Assembly (NCBI RefSeq): GCF_009914755.1
Contig: NC_060935.1
Origin: the human T2T-CHM13v2.0 reference genome, Homo sapiens
DNA: 64,000 bases
Strand: one strand, 5' to 3'
The position numbers were made by a program, and so were the translations under genes. Below are positions 1 to 14,059 of the stretch, in pieces (position 1 is the first letter of the stretch; every line of letters begins with the position of its first letter). The notes under the pieces are model-generated. The model was not told the origin of the DNA, made no database searches, and saw nothing but the letters and a program-made list of their open reading frames with translations.

Positions 1-1079
1 GCAATGTGTGGCTTCCTCCCTGAGCCTCAGGCCTAGCCCAGTGCCAGGACTCATCAATATTGTTTGAACTGGCTGAGCTCCAAGCAGGTGGGTTTGGAGG
101 TTTTCACTCTTTGTTTGTTTTCTAGGTTGGTCTTATTTAACAAGGCAGGCAGCCTGGGGTCAGACCCAAATTCTTGCCTGCCCAGTTTCAGTCCTGCCTG
201 GAGAATGAGATGGGCCTGACTCCCTCAGGCTGGAGCCCAGATGAGTTCCTGGGTGCAACAGAGGAGGCAGTTGGAGCAATGGGGACTGCCCAGTGGGAGG
301 GAGGCGGAGCCAGTCTTATTGTTGAGAGGGCAGAGGGCAGAAGGGACTCCTCTTGGCAGTTGGTCCAGCTCTGGGCTACCTTGTCCATCCTGAGCCCTAG
401 GAAAGAAAACAAAAGGAGCCTTGCAGTGCAGGCCTGTGTGGTCCAGAAAAAGAAAGGTAAAATCTCCCATGGCTGCTGCTTTCGGTCCGACAGGCATCAG
501 GCTGAGCTACTCGGGCTGCTTTTCCCCTCTGGGTGAGGATGCACCAACACAAACATACAGAGCGGCTGCTTCTACACAAAGGGACCCCAGGAGAGCAGGA
601 GAGGCATTTGTGGGACGTCACGGGGAACTTGTTGTCCACCTGGAAGGGGCTGCCAAGTCAGACTCTTCTTTGGGGAGAGGAGACAGGTAGCGCCCCTGTG
701 GGGTGCCAGGGTTTGGCCATCACTCAACGACGGCCGGGCCGGTGCCTTAAGGAGCTCGGGGAAGGAGAACACACCTGCGCAGCATCAGCCCAGTTCTAGT
801 GTGAGTCATCACCAAGTAGCTGATGGCAGCTGTGGAACAAGAGCAGGTACAGGATGGGGGCCCCAGTTGGGAGAGAAGAGTGGAAGAGGCATGTTTGGGG
901 TGAGAGCTGGAGGCATGAAAAGGTGGAGGGACGTGGAGGGTACGTGCTCCTCACAACAGCAACTGCAGCCAGTCAGCCTGAGCACAGGGCCCTGGGAGTT
1001 TGGGAATGGAAGACACAGGGCTGAGTGAGAAGGTGGAGGTGAGCTTCCTCATTACAGGGGCCAGGAAATGCTGACGAAT

Positions 1080-1560
1080 AAACAGCCATTGTTTACTGAG
1101 CCGTTGCTGCATGCCGGGCGCATAGCCAGGCCTTCACACACAACAACAATGGCATTTGCTAGGTGCTGGGCACATTCTGAGCACGTCACGGCACTCACTC
1201 ACGTGGCTCTCACAAATCAGAGGGCGGAACAGACCACAGAGAGGTTAAGTGGCTAGTCAGAGGTCAGCCAGGATCAGGACTCCTGACCCCCTGACCCCTG
1301 CCAACTACAGCTTCTCCAGATATGACTGCCCGGTAGATATTTTCCCCACTTTATGGACGAAGAAACTGAGGCTCGGAGGGATTAACTGAGCAGGGAAGGA
1401 GCGCTCTCATTGTGCCAGGCTCCGTGCTAATCACGCTCCCATATGTTATTCCCTCCATTCTGGCCACAGCTGTGTGAGGTGGAGATTATGATCCCCAGGT
1501 TACAGAGGAGAAAACAGGGGGCGGGGAAAGGAGGGATAAGTCATTTGCCAAGATTTGATC
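1080..1560 (-). mobile_element. Cluster of MIR SINE fragments
   Basis: MIR core on the minus strand, e.g. CCCACTTTATGGACGAAGAAACTGAGGCTCGGAGGG (~1346-1380) and CAGAGAGGTTAAGTGGCT (~1237); boundaries approximate. Confidence 0.65.
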
Positions 1561-2490
1561 GAAGAATCAGCATGAAGCCTGTGGAGTTTTCAGGGATCCT
1601 CATTCCCTCAGGGAGCCACAGCTACAGCACCCACATTTCAGGCCCCAGTAATCCCCCCCAGGCCTGGGGGTGAGATGGGCGGGGTCCCAAAAAGACCCTT
1701 CTCCTCCAGAGCCCAAGTCACTGCACCCAGCCACTTCCTGCTGCAGGAAATGCAGACCAGGACGATTCCCGTTCCCCAGGGCTGCAGGAGGAGTCCAGGG
1801 GAAGGGGCTGTGTGGAAGGCTGCAGAATCCAAGTTCAGGAAGGAAAAGCATCCTCTCCAGGGTCTGGGTTCCGATTCTGGCTTAACCTTTGCGGTCTGTG
1901 AGCTGATCAGAGCCTCAGTTTCCTGTCAGATAAGAATAGTCACCCTCCCCGCCTCGGGGCGGAACTGTGAGGACCAGATAGAAAGGGCCCCGGGTACAGT
2001 GCTGCTCTGGCCGGACCCCAGGAGTAAAGTCTGAGATGAGGATTCCTGTACAAGGAATGCATCAAGGGTGTGCTCCTGGGGGAGCTGGTGAGGGCGAGGG
2101 AGGCACCCAGCCAGGGTACATGCAGGAGGCTGGGGAGGGGTGCCCACAATGTAGATCACGCCTCTGTGTTGGTCAGACTCAAAGCAAGGCCCTCTGCCAC
2201 TGGCCAAGCGTCCCACCCTGGCTTCCAGTTCTCTGCACTCAGGGTCAAAGTGGCTCCAGCAGCCTGAAGGCCATCAGACGCCAAAGCACACAGAAGCCAG
2301 GGGTGGGGCGGGGCACTCAGAGTTGGTAAGCAGCATCCAAGGGGATTTGGGTGCAGCACAGATGCTGTCGCCTGTGCCTGACACAGAGCAGATGCTCATT
2401 AAACAGGGTCAGTAACTGCTGGCACCCACAGAGCTGGGACAAGGACCCTTGGGCCTGGGTCAAATCGTGTGGCCACTCAGCCTTGGCAGG

Positions 2491-2941
2491 TGTATCGGTT
2501 TTCTGTTGCTGCTGAAACAAATGACCACTCCCCTCAGTGGATTAAGCTGATATTCATGGATTGCATTCTCTTAATGGTTCTGGAGGTCAGAGGTCAAAAA
2601 TCAGGATGGCAGCAGGGGTGAGCTCTTTCTGAAGGCCTCGGGAGAATCTGTTTCCGTGCCTTTTTCAGTTTCTAGGAGCTGCCTGCATTCCTTGGCTTGG
2701 GGCCCCTTCCTCACATCCCTCCAGCCTTCACTTGCAGCATTACCTCTCCTGCTGGATCTTCTGGCCTTCCCCTTGTGATAACACTGGGCCTGTTCTGATA
2801 GCACAGGATACCCTCCCCATCTGAAGACCCTTAGCTGAATCACAGCTGCAAAGGCCCATTCTACCATGTTAGGTAACATATTCACAGGTTCTGGGGATGA
2901 GGATGTGGACGCCTTTGTGGGCCACTACGCAGTCAACCATA
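2491..2941 (-). mobile_element. MaLR solo LTR, MLT1D/MLT1C-like
   Basis: Matches the recalled MLT1D consensus along its length (GAACCTGTGAATATGTTACC..., GCCAAGGAATGCAGGCAGC); perfect 5-bp TSD GCAGG at 2486-2490 and 2942-2946. Confidence 0.85.
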
Positions 2942-3019
2942 GCAGGGAAAGGACAGGGACCTCAGCCTCCCCCAAGATGGATACACAGCCCTGCCTTTGT
3001 CTCAAGGGGACAGCTCTAC

Positions 3020-3195
3020 TCCAGAGCTCCCTGTGGGATGGGGCTGAGACTAGACTTCAACTGGACCCACATCTTTGCCTGGCTTCTTCCCTTACTTTCT
3101 TGTTTCTTTTACCCCTATAGGTTTCACCCCAGACACCCCCTGCAAACAATAAATTACTTGCATAAGGCTCCCTGCTTCTGGAGAACCTGACCATG
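3020..3195 (+). mobile_element. ERVL LTR 3' fragment (LTR16-like)
   Basis: AATAAATTACTTGCATAAGGCTCCCTGCTTCTGGAGAACCTGACC resembles the LTR16 3' end. Confidence 0.5.
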
Positions 3196-3988
3196 TCACT
3201 TTGTAACATTATCCCCATTTCACCGACCTGGAAGCTGAGGTGCAGAGAGAATGATTATATCTTGCCCAAGGTTACACAGAGAGTCAATGGCAGAGCTAGG
3301 ACTGGACCCCAGTCTCTCAATTCTCAGTTCTGGGCTCCCCATCCCTCCTGTTTGTCTAAGGGCCAGCGAGGGGGTCTGGGGAAGATCAGAGAGCCAGTCC
3401 CCACATAGCTCACCATTCTCAGGGTTGTCATGGTGCTGCTGAGCTGGCTACCTGCCGTCCAGAGCCTTTTTCTTCCTACCTCTTCTAAGTCCTTTGTTAA
3501 GGAAGTGCACTTTGAAGAGACTTCTGGCTGTTTTGCTTTGAATTTCCGCAGCAGCTCTTTTGCCCCAAATCCTGGCAGCTTGGCTTGAGAATAGACTGTT
3601 CATCCAGTTGCCTGGGATGGTGTGAGAGGGGTCTGCTAGTCCTGGAGCGGGAGGCCGAGACAGAGGCAGGCCACCCCATGCCCTGAACCCCCTTCAGAAG
3701 ACCCAGGCCACAACACAGCAATGGTCCGAGCTAAGACAACTCAAGTCTTGTGCTGCTGATTTTCGGTCTCTCCCCACTCCATCCCTTCCTTTCTCTGCTC
3801 CAGGTCCCAGTTGCATCTGTGGACCATGGGCTCTCTGCCTTCTGGCCTCTGATGGCTGCAGCCAATGGAAGGCCCCGGCAGGAGAGACTGGTGTTTATTC
3901 CTCCCGGATCCTTGCCCTTTCAGGCCTAGGGTTGGGCACAGCTTCCCAGTGATGCTAAGCCCCCACTGCCTCTCCATCCCTTCTCATG

Positions 3989-4752
<764 letters not shown>

Positions 4753-5239
4753 CTGCACTTCTGTAAATACCTTCTTAATTAAATTATCTTCAGTTAAAGC
4801 CTCAAATGTGTTTTGTATTTCCTGCCAGGACCTGAGTCATACAACTACTGATATGTGTCAGAAATGGTGTCAATTATTTTATTTATCTCTCATCGCCCAT
4901 GTTGCTGGTGGGGAAGGTGGGACTTATGTCCCACAGTCCATAGTAAGAGGTGGCATCCAACCCTCTGGCTCCAGGACCTGAGTCACAACCCGGCAGGCTG
5001 CTGCTCGTCACTGTTAAAGGAGAAGCCGATAGCAAGGGAAGGAGCCCTCATGAAAGTGAGAACCACCCGCACCCCAACCCCGAAGGACACAGGCCCAGGG
5101 TCAAGTTGGGTGGGGCGAGTGCAGCCCAGCTGTTCAGGGGCATGAACATTTCACTTCTTGCTTCTGAGAACTCAAAAACACACCCAGGTGCTTTTCAAGG
5201 TTTAGCTGAACCCAAGGAACAGCATTTGAATTGATAACT

Positions 5240-5375
5240 CTCAACCCTCAGTTTCCTCTTCCACAAAATGGGAATTTAAATGCCCATCTTGTAGGGTGGC
5301 ATTGTGAAAATTAAAGTACACATGAGGAATGATGACCACATGGTAATTACCCAATAAATGGTGATCACTCTTATT
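5240..5375 (+). mobile_element. MIR
   Basis: CTCAGTTTCCTCTTCCACAAAATGGGAAT core. Confidence 0.7.
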
Positions 5376-5377
5376 TT

Positions 5378-5930
<553 letters not shown>

Positions 5931-6254
5931 TCTCCTCGTTGTTTCATCTATTGACGTGCTGATGTCCTTGTATTTGCTTCAGTATAATTGGTGCTAATGG
6001 ATGGCTGTCTCTTGAACCCTGGGTGAGGTAAGGATGAAGGCTCAGTGTGCCTCGTGTATGTGTGAGGATGGGTGTGCTCCCCAGCTTTCCCTTCCCCCGC
6101 CAGCCATTTACTGACTCTGAGCCTTTGCCCAAGCTTTGCCCTCCGCCTGACATGCATCCCTCCCCTTGCCAAATGCCCTCCCATCCATCAAGTCCGCAGC
6201 ACACCCTCTCTTATTGTCCTTGGTGCCCTCCCCGTTCCTTGGGAAGAACTGAGG

Positions 6255-6472
6255 GCCCCTTCCATGCGTTCAAGCAATTCTCCTTCTTCAGCCTCCAGAG
6301 TAGCTAGGATTACAGGAGGGTACCACCATGCCCGGCTAATTTTTGTATTTTTGGTAGAGATGGGGTTTTGCCATGTTGGTCAGGCTGGTCTGGAACTCCT
6401 GACCTTGGGCGATCCGCCCGCCTCAGTCTCCCACAGTGCTGGGATTACAGGCATAAGCTGCCATGCCCAGCC
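6255..6472 (-). mobile_element. AluS lacking its 3' end and A-tail
   Basis: Intact Alu 5' end at 6472; similarity stops inside the right monomer near 6255. Confidence 0.9.
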
Positions 6473-6597
6473 TCATGCATTCTCCTAACACACCTTTATT
6501 TTTTTATAGATGAGGAAACTGAGGTACAGAGAGGCTAAGGCCATTCATGTGAACCCACAGAGTCTGACTGCAGAGTAGAGCTCTAAAAATGATCTAA

Positions 6598-6960
6598 TTT
6601 TGAAAAGTTAATTTGTGCATACGGCACAAAATTCAAAAGATACACAAAGTAATGGAATGAAAATTTAGTCTCGCTCCCAGGGAGTATCCACCACAGGTAT
6701 TTTTGTTGGAATGTCCTTCCAGAGATAATCTGTGTAAAAACATACATGTATTTGAAATTTACATTTAACGCAAATGGGAGAACAGCAGCTTTGCATGGCC
6801 CCTTGCCTTTTCCTGCAGGTAGCGGCATCTGTCTTGAGATGGCTCTATATCCATGCACACAGGCTGCCGCTCCACCGCTGCTCCATGCAGTGCAGGGAGA
6901 ACTTGGGGCTGGAGGGCTGAGCCCGTGGTTCAAAGCATGCACACAGCATTGAGCAGCCAT
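6598..6960 (-). mobile_element. Ancient L1M (L1ME-like) 3' fragment
   Basis: CAAAATTCAAAAGATACACAAAG...TCCTTCCAGAGATAATCTGTGTA...AACGCAAATGGGAG. Confidence 0.55.
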
Positions 6961-6999
6961 GCCTATCCTGTGGTCCTGGCCTCCCTGAATGCATAGTGG

Positions 7000-8060
7000 A
7001 ACAGAAGCACCCTAGAAGGTCACCACGACCCCATCAGAACCCAAGCATGGCACTTCCTTTCCTGCCCTCTGTCCCTGGTCAGAAGGCACTGGCTGTTCCT
7101 GGATGTGTTTGTCAGAACAGTAGAGGATAGAGAAGACATACATCTACAAGTCTCTCATTCAAAAGAGAGGCTCCAGGGAGACCATCCCAGGCCCCAAATA
7201 ACTCCAAGGTAAAAGCTGGTGTACAGCAAGGAAAACAGGAGAGGCACTTTGGTCGTTATCAGGTTATCTGTCTGGGACAGGCAGGTGAACTTGATGTCCA
7301 GTAAAAATTCCTACACTCATGCCTCTGGGTCCTAATTTCTGATCTCTGGGCCTCTGAGGCACAGACCCAGCCCTCACGGTCCTTGCACCTGCTTCAGAAG
7401 CAAGTCATTTCTCAGCCTCCTGGGCAGCTGCTGGCCGAATTGCAGAATCATTGCACTGTGAACCCCAAGAGGTCCTCTCACCTAGCTGTTTTTTAAGACA
7501 TGGGCCCTGTGCAGTCCAGTTCACTGCTCTGCTAGCTTTTTTTCTTGAATGCCTCCAGTGACAGGAATCTCATGCCCTTTCAAAGGCATTTAGGGGAATT
7601 CCTCGCCACCAAATATCAGAACTAGAAGACATCTTAGGAATCTCTTTGCCAACCCCTTTATTTTTTCTAATTATACTTTTTCCTGCCTTGTACCTTATCC
7701 AGTACAGACCTAGCTCTCTTCTTCTGGTGGGTGTATTTATTTTCCTTTCATTTAACATTTTTTTAACTGCTACATAATATTTGTACATATTTATGGGGTG
7801 CATGTGATATTTTGTTACAGGCATAGAGTGTGTAATGATCAAGTCAGGGAATTTGGGGTATCCATTATCTCGAGTGTTTATCACTTCTATGTATTGGGAA
7901 TATTTCAAGTCCTCTCTTCTAACTATTTTGAAATATCCAATACCTTCATTAGCTGTCCTCACCCTACTTTGCTATCGAAATGGCTGGCTTTATAATTGCT
8001 GCAGTGTGGGGAAGGTCCTCTTTCTTGAAGGAAAAGCACCACCAAAGTAAAGAGCGATTC
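7000..8060 (-). mobile_element. Probable MaLR internal (MLT1-int) remnant
   Basis: Reverse complement GGTTGGCAAAGAGATTCCTAAG and GGATAAGGTACAAGGCAGG resembles the MLT-int motifs at 59330-59415; boundaries uncertain. Confidence 0.35.
7755..7979 (-). mobile_element. L1MA-like 3' end fragment
   Basis: TGTACATATTTATGGGGTGCATGTGATATTTTG...AATGATCAAGTCAGGG...CTATTTTGAAATAT. Confidence 0.85.
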
Positions 8061-8443
8061 TGGCTTAGTTCAGGTTTCCATAACAAAATGCTACCAACTG
8101 AGTGGCTTAAACACAAGACTTTTGTTGCTCCCAGTTCAGGAGGCTCGGAAGGCCAAGATCAAGATGCCAGTGATTTGGCATCTGGGTGAGGGCCCTCTTC
8201 CTGGTTTGCAAATTGTTGCTTCCTGCCTCTCCTTACAGGGTGGATGATCTCTCTCTTCCTCTCTCTCTCTCTCTCTCTCTGTCTTTTCTGTCTTTCTTAT
8301 AACAGCACTAGTCCCATTCCTGGAGACTCTACCCTCATGACCTAATCACCTCCCAAAGGTTCCACCCCCAAATATCATAGCATTAGGGACGAGGGCTTCA
8401 ACATTGGAATCTGGGGGGACACAAACATATTTAGCCAATAGCA
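8061..8443 (-). mobile_element. MaLR solo LTR, MLT1A-like, with internal (CT)n
   Basis: CCAAGATCAAGATGCCAG...CCCTCATGACCTAATCACCTCCCAAAGG...GGGGGACACAAACATATTTAGCCAATAGCA. Confidence 0.85.
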
Positions 8444-9099
8444 AATCCCTACTCCCCACCCTAGCTGTCCTCTCCAACTCCACCCAGCCAGGATGGGAAG
8501 TACCTGGCAATTGTGCTACTCCCTGGGCCTGCAAACGCTTGGCTCCCGTTGCTAATCACACTCAGATGCAGCCTGAGTCTTCTCAACACAGCACTCTAGG
8601 AGCTGCTCCAATCACTGGGAATTGGCATGGAAGATGACACCCCTGCCATCCTGCTCCTTCTACCGAGGCAGCCCTGCAGATGAGAGAGTTTCCAAACCCA
8701 CCCGCCTGCAGGGTTGTTTCCAGTCTGGTCTCAACGAGACCAAAGGCCTCTCACGGCCCTCAAACCGCCTGAGCCCCTGCCCCTGGCTGCCTGTGTCGGA
8801 GCCGCCTGCTGTGGAAGCCACCTTCCCACACAGTTCAGTCTTCATCATGCCTCGCTTCCCAAATGCCATACTCCACCCCAATCTCCAAAAATGGGTTCAG
8901 CCTCTTCCCCAAGTCTGGAGCGCCCTTCTTGGTCTTTTCTGTGTATCCAGATCTCCAACCTTGGAGGGCGCCTTTACATGCAGCCGAGGTTGAACCACTG
9001 CTAGGTGATCTAAGAGAACTTTCCACACACACCCTCAGTTTGTACCACAGTCAGACCTTCCTGCGAAGTGCTTTTATGGGTTTGTTTATTCATTGACCA

Positions 9100-9325
9100 C
9101 GCTTACTAAGGGGCCACATGTTGATCAGAGTATTTACCTGGGGCCAGGTGCCACGCTGAGACTTACTCACTTCATCCCATTAAATCTTCATGACATTCCT
9201 ATAAAGTAGGTATTCTTATAAGCCTGGTTTTTGGGAAATGGAGGCTAAAAGCTTGATGGGCTTATCAAAGTTGCCTAACTGGTCAGCAGCAACCCCAAGA
9301 TTTGAGTCCCAGCCTGACCCCAGAG
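9100..9325 (-). mobile_element. MIR
   Basis: AAATCTTCATGACATTCCTATAAAGTAGGTATT...GGAAATGGAGGCT...AGATTTGAGTCCCAG. Confidence 0.6.
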
Positions 9326-9645
9326 CTGGCATGGGTGGCCCCATCTCTGCACAGCCACACCCTCATGGGTATAGCTCCCCATTCTCTTCACCTGTTGTGT
9401 CCCATGCACCCTTCAGACTTCAGCTTGGCAGGGAAGGGGGCCCTCTCCGACCTGAGTCCCAGACACACTTTCACTGAGAGAGCACTTGTCACTGTGGCCA
9501 TTTTTATTTATTCGTGTCATTATTTGAGTCACGGCTGTCTCTTTCTGCCCCCTCCACAGACCATAAGTTCCACGGAGGCTGGATTATGTCTGCTTTTTAC
9601 TGCCTTTCTCAGGGTTCTTTAGCAGAATGCCTGGCACATGTTTGT

Positions 9646-9760
9646 TGGATGGATGGATGGACGATGGATAAGAAAAGAAGGAAGAAAAAAAGAAGGAAGG
9701 AGGGAAGGGAAGGGAAGGGAAGGGAAGGGAAAGGAAGGGAAGGGGAAAAGAAGGAAGGAA
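9646..9760 (+). repeat. (GGAT)n followed by a (GGGAA)n purine tract at an L2 3' end
   Basis: Directly visible; preceded by the L2 tail GAATGCCTGGCACATG. Confidence 0.9.
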
Positions 9761-9884
9761 GCAGATTCTAGATACAAATTCCAGCTTCCCAGCCAGCCGG
9801 CCACAACTTTAAAGACAGAGACCCATTTCTACTTCTCTAAGCAGCAGGGATCTCAAGCAAAGGACAGAAGCTACAGAGGCAACT

Positions 9885-10050
9885 TTGCTTCCTGGCTATG
9901 TGACCTTAGGCAAATGCTCCAGCTCTCTGAGCCTCACCTGCAAAATGGAGATGGTAGTACTCACTTATAGGAAGGTAGTGAGGATTAAATGGAAGCAGGA
10001 GGAGGAGCTCCCTGTAAACAGCAAGAACTTGCCCACAGTGAGTTATGATT
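9885..10050 (+). mobile_element. MIR
   Basis: GCTATGTGACCTTAGGCAAATG...CTCTCTGAGCCTC...GTGAGGATTAAATG. Confidence 0.7.
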
Positions 10051-11329
10051 ATGCTTCCAGATTTCCCTGAGCCTGGTGCCTCTCACAGGGGCTCCATCAA
10101 CAGTAGCCATCTCTCCCCACCCCCCGCACACTGTGTGCCATTAGCTTATTAGCCTTGGTAGTGAGGGCAGCCTGTGCAAATCCAGGGGAGAAGCAATCTA
10201 GGAGTGGGCTTGTGAGTGGGCTCCCCCCATGGGCTCGTTTTTCCCAGACCTTCCCGAGGGCTGCTAAGACTCTGATGAGAAGATGGTAAAGGAGTAGAGT
10301 GGAGCATGGGTTCTGAGCACTGCGGTTGAACTGGGAGGTGCAGGGATGAGATCGTCAGAGGCAATGTGTCCAGTAAAGCCCTCTCTCCTGCCACCCTCCT
10401 GTTAGTACCTGGCTCACCTTCTGCCTGACTGGGCATGGCACTGATTCTTATCAGCAACCAATTGTCAGGACCCCAGGTCAGAGGCCCAGTGCTAAGTAAC
10501 CAGTCAGCTTTGGGACCCTGAGTTTGTTTAGGGGACCTCCCTCAGCCTCAGATCAATGCATGAAGGATGATGACCTCTAGGGCAGGGGTCTTGAACTTCC
10601 TTTCCAGGTCAGGACCAGCCCTCCTCACTTCTCCCATCATCCAAGGACAGGTAGCTTTGCTGATAGATCCTTCCAGGAGCTCTCCGGAGCCTTGGTTTTC
10701 TCATCTGTAAAATGGGATAAGGCCCAGCTCACAGGCTGACCTGTGCACCCAGTGAGTTCTTCTAGGAAAGAGCATGATACACAGGAAGGGGAAGTGCCTG
10801 TACCCAGGCTCTTGCCCTCCTTTGGTTCCCAGGTAACCCTCAAGCCCGCATCCCTGGAGCAGCAGACCCAGGTGAGAGGTCAACGCCGGCAACCCCGGGC
10901 CTCTCCTTTCCTGCGAGGCCCAGCCTTCAGCAAAGGCTGTGAAGCTGACTGCAGTTGCCTCGGCAGCAGCCTGGTGCTGAGGTCAACACTGTCATCTTGC
11001 TGGAGTATGGGAGTCGGTGCAAACATGGCTTCTCGTCAGCCAGGAAGACGCCCAGCCTGGCACAACCTTCGGTTCTGACTCCCATCACCTCCTGTTGACA
11101 GCGTCTGGCTGGCATCCTAATCGCTCATTGGACAAATTGCCAGGGCAGCGGTAGACAGCTGGCATGTGTTAACTCGCTCAGTCCTCACAGCGATCCCATG
11201 GGGAAGGCGGTTATCATCCCCGTTATTGTACGGCCAGAGAAACAGTGGCACAGAGGAGTGAAGTGGCCTCAGGATTGGCACTGAGGCAGCCCTGGCTCTG
11301 GGGGTTGAGGCCCTCAACACTGCTCTAGA

Positions 11330-11575
11330 TCAGAGGTCTCATAGGATTTGTCTGTTAAAACCCCAGCTGCGGGGCCCACCCCCTGTGCTTCGGATCCAGT
11401 AGGGCTGAGACTCATAGGGCTGGGGCCTCACTGCTCAGAGAGTGGGGAGCTGCAGCACCCAGTGCTGGTCGGAAATGCAGACTCCCAGGCCCCACCCTGG
11501 TCCTCTCAATTGGAATTCAATTAGAATTCACATTTTAGCAAAATCCCAGGCAATTTGTGAGCCCACTACAGCTTA
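11330..11575. mobile_element. Two adjacent MER5 (hAT-Charlie MITE) fragments
   Basis: GGGCCCACCCCC...GATCCAGTAGGGCTG and GAAATGCAGACTCCCAGGCCCCACCC...CATTTTAGCAAAATCCCAGG. Confidence 0.55.
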
Positions 11576-12281
11576 CAAAGCTGACTCTAAACCACCGCAT
11601 GGACAAGGACCCGTTACTTCTGGGGCTTACATACCTGTGTGGGAGGCAGAAACAAATATATGAGATCATCTCAGAGGGCAACGTGTTCTATGAAGGGATA
11701 AAACAGAGCCACGAGGAGTCAGGCACTGGGGGTGGTCTGTGCTGTTTTAGGAAGAATGGTCAGGGGAAGCCTCTCTGAGCTGGTGACACTGGAACTGAGG
11801 CCTGAGGGAAGAGGAGAGGCCAGCACTTCACAATCAGAGGAAGAGCGCTTACAGCCTGGGAGGGGCACTGAGCTGCCACCCCCAAACAAGCGAGGGACTC
11901 AGACACAGACATGGTGCAAGCTGGCAAGATGGGTGCACTGAAGACAGATGTAGAGGAAATGCTGAGGGCCGGAGGGATGGCTGGGCCTCAGGGTCAGGCA
12001 CCAGAGATTCAGATGCAGATGAAACCCAGGCCCCACACCATAGGGAGATTAAGTTAGGAATACAAAATTGATAAAACAACGCAGAAGGTGCCAAGTCAGG
12101 GAGGGACAGAGATAAGATTTATGGAAACTTGATGTCCCCTGAGTGATTGGACCACTTGGTGCCCGGCACAGTGCTGTGAGCTTTCTCTCTCTGTCTCACA
12201 CAGGCACACAATGCACACACACACACACATGGCTGTCACACAACACACACACACACTTATCACACAATGATTAAGAGCAGG

Positions 12282-12610
<329 letters not shown>

Positions 12611-13102
12611 TAAAAGCAGGGACCTGGAGCCAGGCTGCCCTCCACACAGTCCCAGTCCCATCTTGACTACTGATTAGGTCCTTGTGCCTGTTCCTTCACT
12701 TCCCTGTACCTTGGTTCCCTCTTCACAGATGGGAAATAAGAACACCAGCCTAATGGGGTTGATGTGAGGATTAGGTATTTGTAAAGCCCTTCAAACAGTA
12801 CTTGGCATCTAGCAAGTACTATGTGAATATCAGCCACTGTGATTCTTTTATCCTCTGACCCTATGATTCACTGAGACAGGTGGATTAGCATTCTCATTTT
12901 GCAAACAGAGAAAATGAGGCTCAGAGAGGTCCAGCAGTTTCCCAAACTGGAATATCTGTCTGCCTGACACCAAGCTTGGAGGGAGCCTCCAAATGGTAGG
13001 GAATACCACCATTTGGCCTTGAACACAAAGGCCGCTAATGGAGGAAATATGGCTGGACCAGGTCAAAGAGGGCTCAAGGCTGGGAGCTTTAGGATTGGTT
13101 TT

Positions 13103-13134
13103 GTGAGAGCCATAGAAAGTGAGAGCCATAGAAA
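13103..13134 (+). repeat. Perfect 16-bp tandem duplication GTGAGAGCCATAGAAA x2
   Basis: Directly visible. Confidence 0.95.
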
Positions 13135-14059
13135 TCTCTAGCCCCAACCACCATATTCCAAGCCACCATGGGAGCCACTGGGCATCTACAGACAAATGTG
13201 ACCTCATTTCCAAAGGCCATACTCATTCCCACTTTAGAAGGTCTGGCATTGGCCTTGGTTCTCAGCTGGGCCTTAAGCCACATGACCCAGAATTAGGTCA
13301 CATCCTGTGGCCAGAGCTTATTTCTCAAGGAAAGTGGGACCCAGCAACACAGCAAACCCAAAGGCAAGCGGTGCCTACTGAGTGGCAACAGCTGTGGGGT
13401 TCAAGGTCTTTAGCCTGTGCTGCAGACCTCCACGGAGGCCCTGCCAATGGTAATGTTCTCTTCCCTGGCTGGCTGTCAAGGAAAGCCAGAGAGATCTATC
13501 TTCGGCCCTCAGCCAGCTGGAATGGGCACTGCCAAGGAAACTGGCACTGTTTTGGGAGACAGCTGGCCCTCTGGGGCCAGGAAGAAGCATGTTCACAGGT
13601 AGGGGCAAGCCAGGAGGCTGTCCCCAGCCTCAAGATGCGAAGAAGGGTTTGCACCTCAGCCTTGGCACCTACTTGTTACAGGACCTTGTGGATGTCACTT
13701 CCCCATCTGGGGCCTTGATTTCTCATCTGTAAAATAGGGTTGGTGGTAATTTACACTTTTGCTGGTCTGTGTGTTGTTTGCTTGTGGTTGTCAAATTAAT
13801 TGTGCACTTGTTTACTTCCTGTGTTCACACTGGTCTGCACATTTCCTGAGGACTAGAAACACACGTGTCATGCCGTTCAGCACACAGTTTTTGATTGATT
13901 AAGTGACTATTGCAAAGATCAAATGAGATGGGGAATGAGAAAGCACTTAGCAAAATATGAAATGCAAAAGATACCTACAATAGTATCAGGCTCTTATCTC
14001 ACCATGACATGGCCCAGCCTCAGCACATGAAAGCATCACTCCAGGTGCTGACAAGGATG

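Noticed and set aside
174-1030. Overlapping ORFs in GC-rich unique DNA as exons
   Set aside because: ORFs of similar length occur in all frames, as expected for GC-rich DNA; no homology I recognise
13119-13718. 199-aa ORF
   Set aside because: Non-ATG start inside a tandem duplication, no recognisable domain, and it ends in a MIR
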